Below, in pieces: positions 26,101 through 38,998 of a stretch of DNA of 64,000 nt. The notes below the pieces were generated by a model that was given only the letters and a program-made list of their open reading frames with translations, ran no database searches and was not told the DNA's origin. The stretch is from positions 46,128,001-46,192,000 of the forward strand of contig NW_027266286.1 in NCBI RefSeq assembly GCF_022045235.1, written 5' to 3'. The translations under genes and the position numbers were made by a program. This stretch comes from Haliotis cracherodii. Lineage: Eukaryota. The stretch's first letter is position 1, and each line of letters opens with the position of its first letter.

Positions 26101-29100
26101 TTTCAGGGATGTTTATATTCAAAACGTTGGGATGGAGACTGATGCTATTTGTGCACCCTGTGGTCGGATCTTGTCATGCGTGTTCTGTAATAGGCCTTTC
26201 TTTATAGGCGATACTGCGATTATTATATTATATTCATACAGATGTTTGTGTGTTTGGGTGCAACGCGTTTCGTTCAGTGGTGATTAAGAGAGTGTTCGTG
26301 TTTCAGTGTTGACGGTGGCGTGTCGGAATGACGGAACTGGGAAGGATGTGACACGTCCAACAACGACACCAACTACACCAACTACACCAACAACGCGGGT
26401 ACCATCGAGGATTGTGACACAAGAACCGTCCATTAACACTACCGGTAGGACTGTTACGATAGTGTCGTGCACACAGTGTGGTGGTATTTGCACGAGTGTG
26501 TCTCTAAGCTGATATTTATAAGGTTCAGATTAGCATTACAATATGACATTGTACATGTACTCGTACTATGCAATAGTGTCCCCAGGTTTATAGCTACTTA
26601 CGCGGCATGGTATTCACTTCAGGAAAATACATGTCTGTTTAGCGAATCACCCAATTCAATGTTTCACAAATGCTCTGTCATTTTTTCATATATGAATATG
26701 TACGTTATAGATATAATAATTAGTTCAGTGCTTATGTGCACTGAAGAAACAACGAAAAGATAAAACTTCAATAATTCGACGTCTTATAGACCATCAAAAC
26801 TGAATACACTGTTCAAAAGAAGTTAAAGAATACCCGATTCTTTCATATTACTATGACACAATAACTATAGTAATGAATGAATCTGGTCTTCCTTAACTTT
26901 TATAGTAATATATAGATATATACCCACAGTACGAGACAAACGGTTTGCCAATAACAAGTATGTGACTCTGGTCTCGAGAGGGATATTTCATAATGTACAG
27001 CTCCTGTCGTTGATATTTAGTGACAGGCACCACCATCCAGACTGAAGGTCCGGCGAGAACGGAAGAAACAGCGGCCACTCCCTTCATCACCACACCGTCG
27101 CCCACAGCGAACCTTAGGCTCTTCACTACATCTTCACCCTCGACAGTCCCTCCAGTCGTAGCCCAACAGACATCCACAGAGATGGATAATGAAAGTAAGT
27201 TGTCAACATGTCTTCATATACACAAAACTGATATGGAATCGAATGGCTTATAAAAATGCATATAATTGAAAAGGAATAACTTCCCGGAAATGAATATTCT
27301 GAAGACATGTTTTTAACATTACCACATGGCGAAACGAAGGTGTCATGACAGTGGAAATGAATATAGGATTTGCAAGGAATTGATCCGTCGTTTGTAAAAT
27401 AATTTTTCAAATATATTGTGTCAGTGTCAGGTTAATCTCCACGTTAAACTTGGACATATCTGCAAATAACTTAAATGAAATGACAATTAAAATACAAAAC
27501 ATGTATCCTTGCAAATTCAAATTGATATAAATGTACACAGAAGCAATAAAGTAGCCATTTACTGGTACGCGAATGATGTATTGTTGGATGAACTAGTACC
27601 TCTTCCAGACTGTTCCACAAGCACTTCTGTTCTTCAGAGGGCATCATCATCGGAGTGTCTGTTGGCGCGGTGCTGTTGCTCATCCTCATCTCTGTCATCA
27701 TCTACAGGTAGGTGATACGTCTCACATTGGACCGCTGCAGTCAGCTCCGAATATAACGAACTTTATTCTCCATCACTCGTATTGACATCCTCGATAACAA
27801 ACCATAGCTTTGTGTATGAAGTGGCGTCACCACCTCCATCACTCCGATGTCTAACTGAGCAGGCAACTGCTCTCGCGAAGGGCAGTAATTTGATTGGGGA
27901 GTTATTAGCGTCGAGCCAAACGACTGTCAAAAAACGAGGTTATAGTAGAGAATCCTGGGTAATAATATTGGAGATATGCTGTATGATTGAGGATGTGGTA
28001 TTGAAGATTATTTGATATGGTGAACTTACCCGATACTACATACGCGACGATCCTTAGGTATTCGTTAAACCAGAATGAAGTTATTTAACAAAAGTACCAA
28101 GATGACAAACAAAAGAGGGATACAAAGTCATTGCAAATTCGTCATGCTTTTTTTTGTTATAAAACACTGCTGTGTGTGATCAAGTTGTGAGCGATTGTTA
28201 CTGGTATCATCATTGAAAGTTTTAATGTTGTTTAAAGAAGTTCCACCTCTTTGAGGTTAGAACGGGTAACACCGACCATGTAGGACCTTCTTGTTCAGAG
28301 TTGCACCCGTTAACATTACCAGGACCCGCTTGTCGTTTGTTCGAATTCCAGAATCTCCACGGTTATGATCAGTGATCTGTCATTCGTGTAGCGTGCCTTT
28401 CGCGCAATAACATCTACGGCCTGTATGATTTTGGTCTTCCAAACAAAGCAGAGCTGACATGTCGGAATATAACTGAAATGCTGCCATAATCGGGGATGCA
28501 CCCAATTCAATTCAATACTTACCTTTAACAATACAGCTTACATCTTTTAATTTTCCAATGGAGAAAAAAGAAACTAAATGAATTAGTTCACATCTTAATA
28601 TACTTGCACGTTTTCAAAAGTTACATCTCTGTTTTACATTTTATGCAATTCTTGCTTCAACCAAATATAATTGTATCCAATACTGGCTAATATGAGCCTA
28701 TTTCCCCTATTCCTAATATATTCATATTCAGGTTTCAGATTAAACATAATCGTAACAACCTTTTTATATACAATTATCAGTATCAAAATATTTACACCAG
28801 TATTTAACCATATTAAACATTCTGATATATTTCAAAGGATATCGCCAAATAAACCATATCATTACATGTACACATCTTTATTCTAAGTATATTCTTACAA
28901 TAATCGAGAGAAACGTTTTCAATATTATAAGCCTTGGGCAAATTCCGTAACTGAGAAGCATAACACTTTACACTGCCAACATATCTGTCAAATAATAATA
29001 ACATGGTTTCAACACGAAGAAAAAATGATTAAACTTTGCGATCTAGACAACATTATATTTTTCCTACCCTGATCCGCCAACTTTTTCAACAAAAGTAAAT

Positions 29101-30033
29101 ATACCATTTATACTTACAAACATTCTGAAATATGAAAACATACCAACCACCTTGATTGCTTAATTGTCATAAAACCACTTGTATATATTCCTAATCTTAC
29201 CCCCTTTTCTAAACATTATAAACTTATCCTTTCCACATTGAGTTACTCCACTCTATTGAATACTAAAGATCACCTAAATCCTTTGGAAGACCCTCGTTTA
29301 TTATCCGTGACCTGTCACTCGTGTACCGTGCCTTCAACGGAAGTGATAATATATACAACCTGTTTTATTTTGGACTTTCCAAGAACAGTAATCTGACAGG
29401 TCGGAATAAAATTGAAATACTTCCCATCTGGTGGATACACAGAATTTACACACTCTTCCTCTTTGGTACAGGTTATGTTGCCGAAATGAAAGGCCAGTTG
29501 AAAAGTATACACCACATGAGATACCCGACATAAAACCCATGACTGAAGTCGTCCCAAGCTTTAATCAAGACAACACGACCGTCCATCCCGCCAATCTCTA
29601 TTCCAAAAAAGAGAAATTGAGAAGAGTCAAATCAAGCCCTCCAGGTACACGACCAAACATGTTTGCAGCTAATGACAGTCACATCCCCGCACACGCCATA
29701 ACGGCAGATGGACACCTCTTCAAGGAGACATCGAAGGTGTTTCGCCAGCATCAACTGGATGTGTTCAAGGAAGGGAAGAGGAATGCGGAAAGGGTCAATA
29801 GTGGAGCGACCATTGAGGCCAAGCGGAGGTACATCACCAGGGTTGCCATAACAGGCAGTGGATACAGCTCACAGCCAAACTCCAGAGTAAACAGCATTAA
29901 AAGGCAATCTGGCAAATTTGTTACGACAGATGAGGCTTTCTTGAAGAGGGAGAGATGGTATAAGGCTGAGCCAAGAAGCATCCTCGCTGATTCACGAAGT
30001 CGTAGTCACAGCGGTTACCTTGGTTCACTGTGA
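23162..30033 (+). CDS. Gene C: type-I membrane mucin-like protein with 8-Cys N-terminal domain and long basic cytoplasmic tail (460 aa), paralogue of gene B
   Basis: Exons 23162-23210 (MDIGCVIALAVFLVNT), 23674-23715, 24441-24788, 26307-26444, 27021-27194, 27638-27707 (TM GIIIGVSVGAVLLLILISVII) and 29472-30033. All GT-AG, total 1383 nt in frame. The 42-nt exon 2 and the Cys spacing match gene B. Confidence 0.85.
23763..23938. mobile_element. MITE, Tc1/mariner(pogo)-type
   Basis: TA|CAGTAAACTACGGTTATAACGAA...TTCGTTATAACCATAGTTGACTG|TA, with internal GTTATAACGAA repeats. Confidence 0.85.
25279..25450. repeat. Tandem duplication of a ~90-nt unit
   Basis: GAGTGAGGTACAATTTAAC...GAACAACAGCCCAC occurs twice in tandem. 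Confidence 0.85.
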
Positions 30034-30394
30034 TATAGGAATGTGACAAGGTTATGTATTTAGTGCTTGCATATGCCGTTATCATTTTGTGTTTCAACCT
30101 CTGAGGTCCCTAATTATCGCTCAAGGCCCATAGGCTAATGTATTTCCCTATTCTCCTATTATAATATAAATTTCACCCCGATCCTAAAAGAGTGAGCGGA
30201 TTCCTGGTTAACTAAGGAAATCTTCACTGTATGTCATCGGAATGATGTTCGCAAATAAGTGGCCTTACACTGCCCTTAGATTCGCCTTTGGTTCAGTTTG
30301 TTTTTCTTTCTTTTGGACCCCCACTAACGCAGATACAGCGAAGAACATAGCCTTATAATTAAGGATGTCTGCGAGTTTATGAGCATATGCTTTA

Positions 30395-30622
30395 GTTGGT
30401 TTGTGGTTTACGACGCACTCAGTAATATTCCAGTTTTATGACGGCGGTCCGTAAATAATCTGGCCTGGAACAGACAATAATTGCATCGGTATCATGAGCA
30501 TCGATATACGCAGCTGGGAAACGATGACATGCATTAACCAAGTCAGAGAAACTAACAACCCGATCCCGAAAGTCGCCTTCATGAGTTGCTGAAGACCTAT
30601 TCTCCTCCCTGATCTTCAGGGG
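30395..30622 (-). mobile_element. GACCCGTGAAG-family SINE-like copy (diverged)
   Basis: Reverse-complement match. Confidence 0.7.
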
Positions 30623-31879
30623 CCTTATGAGCATACGCAATTCTGGAAAATGTTCATGCTATTAAGGGCAATAATCATATTGGGAACCATTTTGTTATTT
30701 CTTCGTACTGTATATGACAGGCACCTTATCACTTATACCATCACCCAAATACTAAGTAGTATTCCAAGGTGACAAAGGAGATGAGATACAACAATGTGTG
30801 GGCAAGTCTGCGTTTTAACATAAGATTCAGGTGTGGTTGTGTTACAGGATTGTACGACCGCTTCTTATAGCAAACCATTACTTACTCTTCGAATGCACGC
30901 AATGGTATCAAATGATATATGTTATTGTCTGTTGACCTTTATACACCAGAGCCCACTTTCACAAAGCGACCTTAGCGTTACGACTTTTGTAAGCCTATGT
31001 TAAAGTACGGGAGATAAAATAAAAATGATCGCAGAGCTTTGGTTGCTTTGTGCAAGTTGGCCCAGATTTGTCCATGTATTGATGTAAAATAACCATCGAC
31101 CTCTTTGCGTGCATTTACAGTTATAGACTCCAGAATTCGATATAGCGATTACCTGAGAGGCTTACAGAAGTATGCATTTGCATTTAAAATAGTTATGTGA
31201 ACGGAACTTAGCATTTAGTACCGAAGAGTTTGTGCTAGTTGAAATGTATCTGAAACACACTGAACAATGTGTTACATGAATTCGTGTTGCCATGTAGACA
31301 AACGTAGCCTTTGGTATGTGATACCGAGTTGTGTTAGCCTGAGACACATATCAGTAAAGCCATAGAAGAGTGCACATCTAATGTAACTATGAGATCGTCC
31401 AGATGCATCATGTAATCAAGTTCATCTGTTGATCGAATTGAAGATGAAGCATGTACTACTTATGCTGGGTGGTAAAAAACGCATAAACATTCTACGTGAA
31501 GAACGGTCCAAGTAAAAGAAATCAATAAAGCAGGAAAAGGACAGTAACAGTAACACCACAAAAAAATGCACACAAGTTTTAGACCCAGGTTTGAATATTT
31601 TCTATCTGCAGCGTCACATTACATCGTAGACTTTACAGTTGTCTTAGTTTCTATATACCTTGCCTTAATAAAATAAACACGAACATTTCTATATACGTAT
31701 TATACATTTAAATGCATATATATTCATATTCCAATAATTATTTGGACAACATTTATGCTAAATGAGAGTGAGTTCTCATACATCGAAAGTTTCATTACTG
31801 TTGGTGATTACAGAGTCAAATCTAATGGAGCGACCTATCCGTGGCTGTCTATACAAAAGAACTATGTCACTCCTACGAC

Positions 31880-32130
31880 AATGCCACAAAGTGTTTGGTA
31901 TAATTACCTACAGCAATGAAACAATGTTGATTGAATGTTAATAATATACCATAAAGCCACGAAGTGTTTAGTATATTTACCTACGGCAAAGAAACAATCT
32001 TGATTGAATGTTAATAATATACCATAAAGCCACGAAGTGTTTAGTATATTTACCTACGGCAAAGAAACGAAGCTGATGTGAATGTAATAATATCTAATAA
32101 TGCCACAATGTATTTATTTACCTAAGGCAT
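31880..32130. repeat. Tandem repeat of a ~69-nt unit (3-4 copies)
   Basis: GCCACGAAGTGTTTAGTATATTTACCTACGGCAAAGAAAC repeated. Confidence 0.85.
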
Positions 32131-32379
32131 AGAGATAATGCTGCATTTATATGAATTGGTGCCTTAAAGCATAAAAGTAGAAACGTACATGAAAGGTAAT
32201 GTTAGTACAGATGTTGAAGCCATAATATATTTTGCACAATGTACTAAAATATGTAATGGCTTGTATAAAGAGACCTGTATTATTATTACAAACTATGTGC
32301 TTACTACATACATGTATGTCTCAGGAAAAATAGTATGTATCCTACCTCATTACTGAAATAGACTAATTTGTTTGGCTGT

Positions 32380-32726
32380 TACGAGAGGCGTTCAGTAAGT
32401 TTTGCAACGTCAATATAAGACCAAGTCGACGAATATGTTTTGCACTTTTATTTTTCAATATAATCTTATCTCACCTCAATACACTTATTCCTTTTGTCCT
32501 TCAAGCTTTTAATACCACTTTTATAGAAACCCGCAGATTGGCCATGGCCCTCTAACCACGCCTCTGTGGCAGCCTTTATGTCCTCGTGATTTAACTGTAT
32601 AGCACAGACTTATCCCTTAGTGACTAGTGAGGTGAATGGAGATTATATTGAAAAATAAAAGTGCAAAAGATATTCTGCGATTTGATCTTATATTGAAGTT
32701 GCAAAACTTTTGGAACGCCCCTCGTA
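32380..32726. mobile_element. Mariner deletion derivative (MITE-like)
   Basis: Inverted termini TACGAGAGGCGTTC...GAACGCCCCTCGTA. The minus strand reads the mariner transposase C-terminus ...GFYKSGIKSLKDKRNKCIEV.*DYIEK*. Confidence 0.85.
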
Positions 32727-34589
32727 GTATTGCGGCCTAGATGAATGTGGTTTTAGACGAATAATTGTGTGATTCCAAATCCTGAAATTACACAAAATAC
32801 ACCCATTCACATGAACTGGAGATGTTCAATATGGACAAAGTTGAGTCTGGAGATAACGTTTTAATGTTATTAATTATATTCCCATTTGTAATTTGCCATA
32901 TCGACATTGTTTACCTGTGTCAATTGTATATCTGTAACATGCATATTGAAGTAACTATGAAATAAATATGAATATGCTTGTCCCATCACACTTTGTGTTC
33001 GATCACATACATTAGGACACATGTTATGATGTCATTTGTGACAACCAGTTAGCTTGAGTATGCCGAAATAAAATAAACGGTTACCAGAATAATTCTTTTT
33101 ATATATTTCGGATACACATGTTTTGGTCGGTCGCTTTAGTGAGGAAAACATGTCATTATTTTGAAGTGCAGGATGCGTGTTATTCCCATACTTAAAATGT
33201 ATCTGAAAAGGACAGATATACTTTAATTATAAAATGCATTTGAACAAACATTATTTAAAAGGGTCAACAGTTACCCATATTCTGATTTTTAGCTTAATAT
33301 TTTTCTTAATGATAGAGAGCCCGGAAAAATGAAAATAAAAAATAAATCAATAGAAATAAAAAGTGAATCTAATTATATTTTTGTGTGTGCCGGTCGGTCG
33401 ATTCGAAAGCCCAAAGATAAGGACATATGTACCATGTGTCCTTCACAATTTCGTCCACAGAATTAATGAGTGTTGGCTTCGGGGTTACCAAGGGACCCTT
33501 CAGCAGCTGCTTATGCCGGTGTCGTTCTGTGTCGCCATGGAAAGTCAAAGACATCAATCTGCAACTAGATGCTACTTTCTCAAGGTCCTGGAGCGATGGG
33601 TCCAAGGGCCCTGTCTTCTAATTACCCATATGGGCATTAATGTATCGTCGTACAACCATAAAGACATTAACGCAACACACGGTTTGAAACTGACATAAAT
33701 TTGATTAAACTTCAATCAATCTCTAACGACAAAACCAACTGTAATTGAAAGGCTCGTCACAGAATGGGCGAGGTTCGACTCGACCTCAAGACCATAAAGC
33801 CCGCACTACTGGAATAACCACGCGAAGCTCTTTTTAAGGTGTTCGAGTCCGACGTGCCTGTCACGTGCCCTGTGGTTTCGTTTGGATTGGTTAAAACATA
33901 TCAGACAATGGTTACATGTTGTTTTTGTCGTGATCGGAAAATTCCGACGGTGAGATACGATAAATTGATATCCTAAGCCTTATTTCTGAAATAAGGGTTG
34001 TACGTTAGTAAGACAAATCGGTTCGATTCTCTGCATACTTATTTAAACGTCATAACTTTAAATGCATTCGTACTCTTATCTCACGTGCAAGAACGCAAAG
34101 AGTACACAACGAACAACATTGGACATGGAAATGAATCCTGAATAATTCACAGTTTGCACATTTAGTGAGTGAGTGAGTTAAAGCTTTACGTCACATCGGC
34201 AATATTTCAGCCATATCGTGACGGCACATTTAGTAAAACACAAAGGAAACTTTGAAATAATGCGATAGACTCACATCGCGTCTCTGAAATGAACATATTT
34301 TACAGAAAGAAACAGTTGCCAAACTACAGTAATAAAACATAATCAATAGGAGCCAAGAAACGTTTTCATTTTCAGATGCTGCTGCCGTAATCTTAACCAA
34401 ATATTATAGACTTGCATGGGCTTTATTGGATATATTTGTTTCAGGGTCTGTGTGACAGACAAAAAAATGCCAGTACGTATCAATTATACGTTATGCCTGC
34501 CTGCTATACAAACTTGTGTGATTTCTATTCTCAAACGTATTAAGCTAAAAAACACGCAGCAATAGCTATGTTTACAAATGATATTGTAG

Positions 34590-34921
34590 ATTTGGGTTTA
34601 ACGTCGCGTCCAAGATTATTGCACTTATATAGCGTGTGTGTGTGGCTGCTTGTACTAGTCCGGACTGGTGCCGATTTATAGTGCTAGCCCACTGAGATAC
34701 CATGCCGCAGTTTTAACATGAATACCCCACTCAGACACAGTATACTGACTCCGAGCCGACCAGTCCTTGTTTTAGCCCTCAATGCCTCAGCCCCCGAGCG
34801 CCAGACAGGGTACCCAACAACAAGTACCATCTTTTAACGTCTTTTGGTATGACGCGGCAGGGGATCGAACCTCGGACCTTCCGCTCTCCGGGCGGACGCT
34901 CTTCCACTAGACCACGGAGGC
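34590..34921 (-). mobile_element. Meta-like SINE copy
   Basis: Close match to 2667-3020, including A and B boxes. Confidence 0.8.
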
Positions 34922-35367
34922 ATCCTAGATTTGAATAAGTTGAAATGAAGGCGATATCCTCGCACAAGCGTTAATACGAAATAAATGTCATGGAACGATT
35001 ATGGACACAGAGTGTTAACAATATTGTCAAAACATACATACATATTATACGGCTATTAAGAAGCTTTGAATTTCACTGGTTAACCAACGGCCGTCGGTCA
35101 AAACAATTATGCGAAAATGAGGACCTATGACATGATGCTTGGATTTTCCCTTATTTGGAAACACAGACTAAATTACTTTGAACGTACTGAACATTTAAAG
35201 CCATCATCGATGGTTGCCTGCTTTGGCAATTTTCACATTATGACATTCGTTTTATTCGTAACTTCATCATATTTTTCTTACGTAACCAAAAACACTGAAA
35301 CCGATTTTTGAATATCATTGAAAATAGGTGATGCAAGTATTTTGACCCATCGCACGTGGAATATTAA

Positions 35368-35640
35368 GGTTTGGTTTGGTTTGGTTTGTTGTTTTACGCC
35401 GTACTCAGCAATATTCCAGCTATATGACGGCGGTCTGTAAATAATCGAGTCTGGACCAGACAATCCAGTGATTTACATCATGAACATCAATCCACGCAAT
35501 TGGAATCGCTGATGTGTATCAACCAAGTCAACGAGCCTGACCACCCGATCCCGTTAGTCGCCTTTTACGACAAGCATAGTCGCCTTTTACGGCAAGCATG
35601 GGTTGCTGAAGACCTATTCTACCCCGGATCTTCACGGGTC
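35368..35640 (-). mobile_element. GACCCGTGAAG-family SINE-like copy (full length)
   Basis: Reverse-complement match ending TTCACGGGTC. Confidence 0.85.
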
Positions 35641-36237
35641 TAATAATATTAAGGGCAATTCCATTCATGACATCATATTTAGCTCGTAAGTTCCATGTAA
35701 AATGCATGTATATAACGTTTCTTGGTGTGTATGTATCTATGTATGTGTGTATGTTTGCGTGTCTGATTTATATCGAAAATCAATGTAATAGATTTGAGCA
35801 ATAATTATGTTTGCTTCTTTTCACGTCCATTCTTTTTGTTATTGTCTATTCAATTGTTTAATATATTACTATTTGATGTTTTGAGATGAAAATATTCGTT
35901 TTAGTCCGTTTTTTATGCCACATGCGACTACGCAAATATATGGTATTCTTGAACAAATACAGTATTACTTCATAACGCAGCGCAATAAATGATCCATCCA
36001 TCTGGTACCTGATTAGTGAACTGACGTCAAGGTATGATTAAGCGAGGATAGATGCCAAGCCTGTCTACGTAAACAGGCAACACACTGATACCACCTGTTG
36101 TCGGATGGGATGGTGTTGTGATGGCGCATTGGTCAAAGGTGTCCTCCATTGCACAAGTACTCAACCAAGTCAGAACCCCCGATCCATTTTGTCACATCTT
36201 ACAAAAAGCACAAGTTGGTGGGGACCTATCCTAACAG

Positions 36238-36518
36238 GAGTGAGTGAGTGAGTTGCGTTTAACGCCGCTTTTATCAGTATTCCAGTTATATCACGGCGTG
36301 TCAGCTTAATGTGGAAGGAAAGCCCGAAGTGAAGCAGTTCTTGGACGTTTACCACTTCGGTGAAACCCACGAGCAAGAGTACGGTGGTGACAAACCTAGA
36401 AACATTATCGGGGCGAACTGGGATTCGAACCCACAATCATAGGTTTCAGGCGTGCACAAGGGACGCAACTCTGCACAGCGAATCGCGGCGCCTTAGACGA
36501 CTGGGCCTTCCGTGCCCC
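36238..36518 (-). mobile_element. V-domain-like SINE copy (full length)
   Basis: Match to the 20193 family; target-site duplication CCTATCCTAACAGGA. Confidence 0.85.
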
Positions 36519-37707
36519 CTATCCTAACAGGAATCTCCACGGGGTGCAAAATAATTATGATAAATTTAATATGTAACCCTTTGTACAATGTGACGATGAT
36601 TGTGATTTGCCATTGGCTTCGTAATCTCGGTCCATCCGACATTAACATATGTGAAATGTCAACATGCATAATTATATTGTCAATTAAGTACATAATCGTC
36701 ATAGATGCATTACATTGTGATATGACTATTTGTTTGTGGATTATAAAACAATATGGTCTTTAGACAATGTAGCGGAAAAAAACGCAACGAATCTTGATTG
36801 ATAATTCTCCGATTTCTCTCACAGTGGTAATACGTTTATAATTTACATAGGATGATATGTCAAGCTTGATGTTGTATAAAGTTTCAATTGTTGACATAGC
36901 CCGCGCCGGGGTGGGATATGTCCTGCTCACAATCTTTAAACCTCACCTTAAGCGTTCAGAATCTGCAGGGAAATCCGAGGCGAGTGAGTGAAAAAATCTT
37001 GTTAACAGTCTGTAACTTCACTTTACACGGTTCTGAATCCGCAGCTAAATACGATGCAGGGGTAACAGCATGTATCATGTATAATGAAAAAATGTCTGAA
37101 AAAACTGTCACATCTGTTTCAGATATGGCTACAGATTGAGGACTGCTTTAGGTGAAGTTATACATTACCAGTTGAAAACTATCGACGCCAAAATCCCATT
37201 TTACCACAGTCAGACCATGAAATCTATTACCCGTTAACAGTTTTTCCTCATTACAGTTTAACTGATAGAATTTAACTTGCTCAAGTAGATCAGTTGTGGG
37301 ATTGTTAGTTTAACGCCGCATTCAACAATATTCCAGATATATGACGTTTTGTAAATAATGGAATGTGTGTTTAAAGACCGGACAATGCAGTGACTACATC
37401 ATGAGCATCGATCAAAGCAATTGGGATACGATGACACCCAGCCTGACAACCTGATTCATTCTCACGACAAGCATAAGATGCTGGGGACTTATACATAGGT
37501 GAACCTACACGGGTTTGTAATATATCATAACCACTCAAGGAACAAACGTTCATATGTAAGAAAACATCATAACTTATATGCGTTAGTGTGTGAGTAAATA
37601 TATAAACGTACGCTTCTAGGCATTTTCCTCTAACGTGCAGCGATATGCCATCAGGTTACAACGCACAGTCATAAAGTAACGAATGTTGCAAAGAAAGTTT
37701 CATTCAC

Positions 37708-37869
37708 GGTGAGTGAGTATGGTTTTACGCCGTTTTTAGCAATATTCCAGCAATATCAGGACGGGGACACCCGAAATGGGCTTTACACATTGTACCCATG
37801 TCGGGAATCGAACCCGGGTCTTCGGCGTGACGAGCGAACGCTTTAACCACTAGGCTACCCGACCGCCCC
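37708..37869 (-). mobile_element. Short tRNA-derived SINE
   Basis: Reverse-complement match to the 11011/12360 family. Confidence 0.85.
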
Positions 37870-38726
37870 TTCATTGTTTCGTAAGCAATACATGTACATG
37901 TACACCATCTGTCACTTAATTTCACATTTGAAGCTGCCCTTTCACGTTTTTAGTTATAGCCTTGTATGATATCACCTAACATCCTAAACGCCGCCTTGAA
38001 CACTATTTGAGTCACATCACGGTGTGTGAGCTTAATTCTTTAATGTCATCAGCAATTTAAAATCAACCAACCAACCAACCAATTACTCAATCAAGTACTC
38101 AATCCATATACAGAACAAGCTATTTTCAAAACATTTAGTGATAATTGTTTATGATTGTATGCTAGTTTTAACGATTAATCTGTGATTTTCTAGTTATTTT
38201 ACTGTTCATCGATGACACGTTTTTTATTTATAAAAATATAATAACTTACAATATGATAAATAGTGCCGATGTGACATTAAATTTTAACTCACTCACTCAC
38301 TATTTTCAAAGCCGCTGAAAAAAACAATAAACTGAACGAAGATACGTCCAAAGCGAACTCCAACCCTACTACATTTACATCATGCTGAATAAATACTCCC
38401 CACAACATGATTTGTTGACACTGGAGCATGAGACACGTTTAAATGCCTTTTTTTTGTTTACACAACTATGGTATTATTTTTTTATTCATGAATTACAAAT
38501 AAGGACTAAGTGTTAATACGGACTTAGCACTCCAATCTGACAATCGATCACCTCATCCCTTCATGTACTCCAGAGGCAATGCGACAGATGTGACCTGACC
38601 TGGTCCAACAAATTCGAGACAATGTGTTTGTGAATCCACAGTGCTGTCAGTGATTTATGGTATGATGCTATCTACTGACACGGGATATGTATCAAATAAT
38701 AGAGAAACTGCATATATATCACGGTT

Positions 38727-38998
38727 AGTGAGTGAGTGAGTGAGTTGGGTTTAACGCCGCTTTTAACAGTATTCCAGTAATTTCGCGGCGTGTCAGCTTC
38801 ATGTGGGAGGAAAGCCCGAAGTGATGCAGGTCTCAGACGTTTACCACTTCGGTGAAACCCACGAGCACGGATATGGTGCTGACAAACCTAGAAACATAAT
38901 CGGGAAGAACCGAGATTCGAACCCAAAATCATAGGTTTCTGGCGTGCCCAAGGGACGCAGCTCTGCACAGAGAATCGCGGCGCCACCCGTGCGCCCCT
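38727..38998 (-). mobile_element. V-domain-like SINE copy
   Basis: Match to the 20193 family. Confidence 0.8.
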
